Assembly (NCBI GenBank): GCA_039715015.1
Contig: JBDLIE010000052.1
Span: 1-18,358 of the forward strand
DNA length: 18,358 nucleotides
Direction of reading: 5' to 3'
DNA from: Thermodesulfobacteriota bacterium
Lineage (GTDB): Bacteria; Desulfobacterota; Desulfobulbia; Desulfobulbales; SURF-16
Below are positions 17,991-18,358 of the stretch, one piece after another. The notes under the pieces were generated by a model. That model ran no database searches and was not told the origin of the DNA. It saw only the letters and a list, made by a program, of their open reading frames with translations. Position 1 is the first letter of the stretch; each line of letters opens with the position of its first letter. Position numbers and translations under genes: made by a program.

Positions 17991-18156
17991 CTAGGGTCAT
18001 CTTAACTCTGAAACAGCGCATCAGGCTTGCCCTTTTTCCCCCATACTGCGTTACGGTTTAATTTACAGAGCGCAACTATGCTCATCAAACCGTTCCTTGC
18101 ATACGAAAAAAATGGCGGCGCGATAGTACGCTGTTTCGCCCTTGACGCGACACTAG
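17991..18156. mobile_element. MITE-like non-autonomous element with imperfect terminal inverted repeats, bounded by CTAG
   Basis: Left end CTAGGGTCATCTTAACTCTGAAACAGCG vs reverse complement of right end CTAGTGTCGCGTCAAGGGCGAAACAGCG: 19/28 ungapped matches including a perfect 9-mer. Further nested complementarity inside. Confidence 0.55.
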
Positions 18157-18162
18157 GGGGTG

Positions 18163-18358
18163 TCATAGTTCAAGGTTGGAAAGGTAGCGTTCGCCGGTGT
18201 CTGGAAAAATGACGACCAGGAGTTTGTCCTTGTTTTCCGGGCGGCGTGCCACGGTGAGGGCAGCGTGGAGGGCTGCGCCTGAGGAGATGCCCGCTAAAAT
18301 GCCTTCTTTCTTAGCAATCTCAATGGTCAGCGCCACTGCCTCCTCGGAGGGTACCTGG
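18163..18358 (-). CDS. cysK: Cysteine synthase, C-terminal 64 aa (truncated by the window edge, absent from the ORF track)
   Basis: Hand translation gives [64 protein letters not shown], with [11 protein letters not shown] and PDTGERYLS motifs. Confidence 0.9.
   Translation of the reverse strand, partial: QVPSEEAVALTIEIAKKEGILAGISSGAALHAALTVARRPENKDKLLVVIFPDTGERYLSNLEL

Noticed and set aside
17800..18160. Riboswitch, 6S or SRP RNA upstream of gap
   Set aside because: No diagnostic motifs recognised by eye; the symmetry is better explained by terminal inverted repeats. An Rfam search would settle it.
18027..18212. 61-aa plus-strand ORF
   Set aside because: TTG start without an RBS; it overlaps the MITE-like element and the cysK 3' end in antisense.
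1..18358. CRISPR array, rRNA, intact transposase or defence genes
   Set aside because: No regularly spaced repeats or matching protein motifs were seen.

Overview
Bacterial chromosomal segment; protein style suggests Desulfobacterota (Desulfobulbales-like), which is an inference. Almost all genes are on the minus strand. Right part is housekeeping: 3' end of cysK, then gap-rimI-pgk-tpiA-secG-tRNA-Leu(GAG). Two non-coding mobile-element relics that the ORF track does not explain are present. One is a ~166 bp CTAG-bounded MITE-like element between cysK and the gap promoter. The other is a ~180 bp collapsed P4-integrase-type island scar at the tRNA-Leu 3' end. The middle ~9 kb is a self-contained signalling cassette: a hybrid histidine kinase with a TtrS-like periplasmic domain, a sigma54 activator, three tandem 18-bp enhancer-like sites with a -24/-12 promoter, then an aspartate-less receiver-like protein, MCP, CheW and a second MCP (no CheA/CheY/CheR/CheB in the window). 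Left part has an LpxL-family acyltransferase, a tdh-kbl threonine catabolism pair and a decayed Cache-GGDEF pseudogene. All family assignments are by motif recognition by eye; no searches were run.
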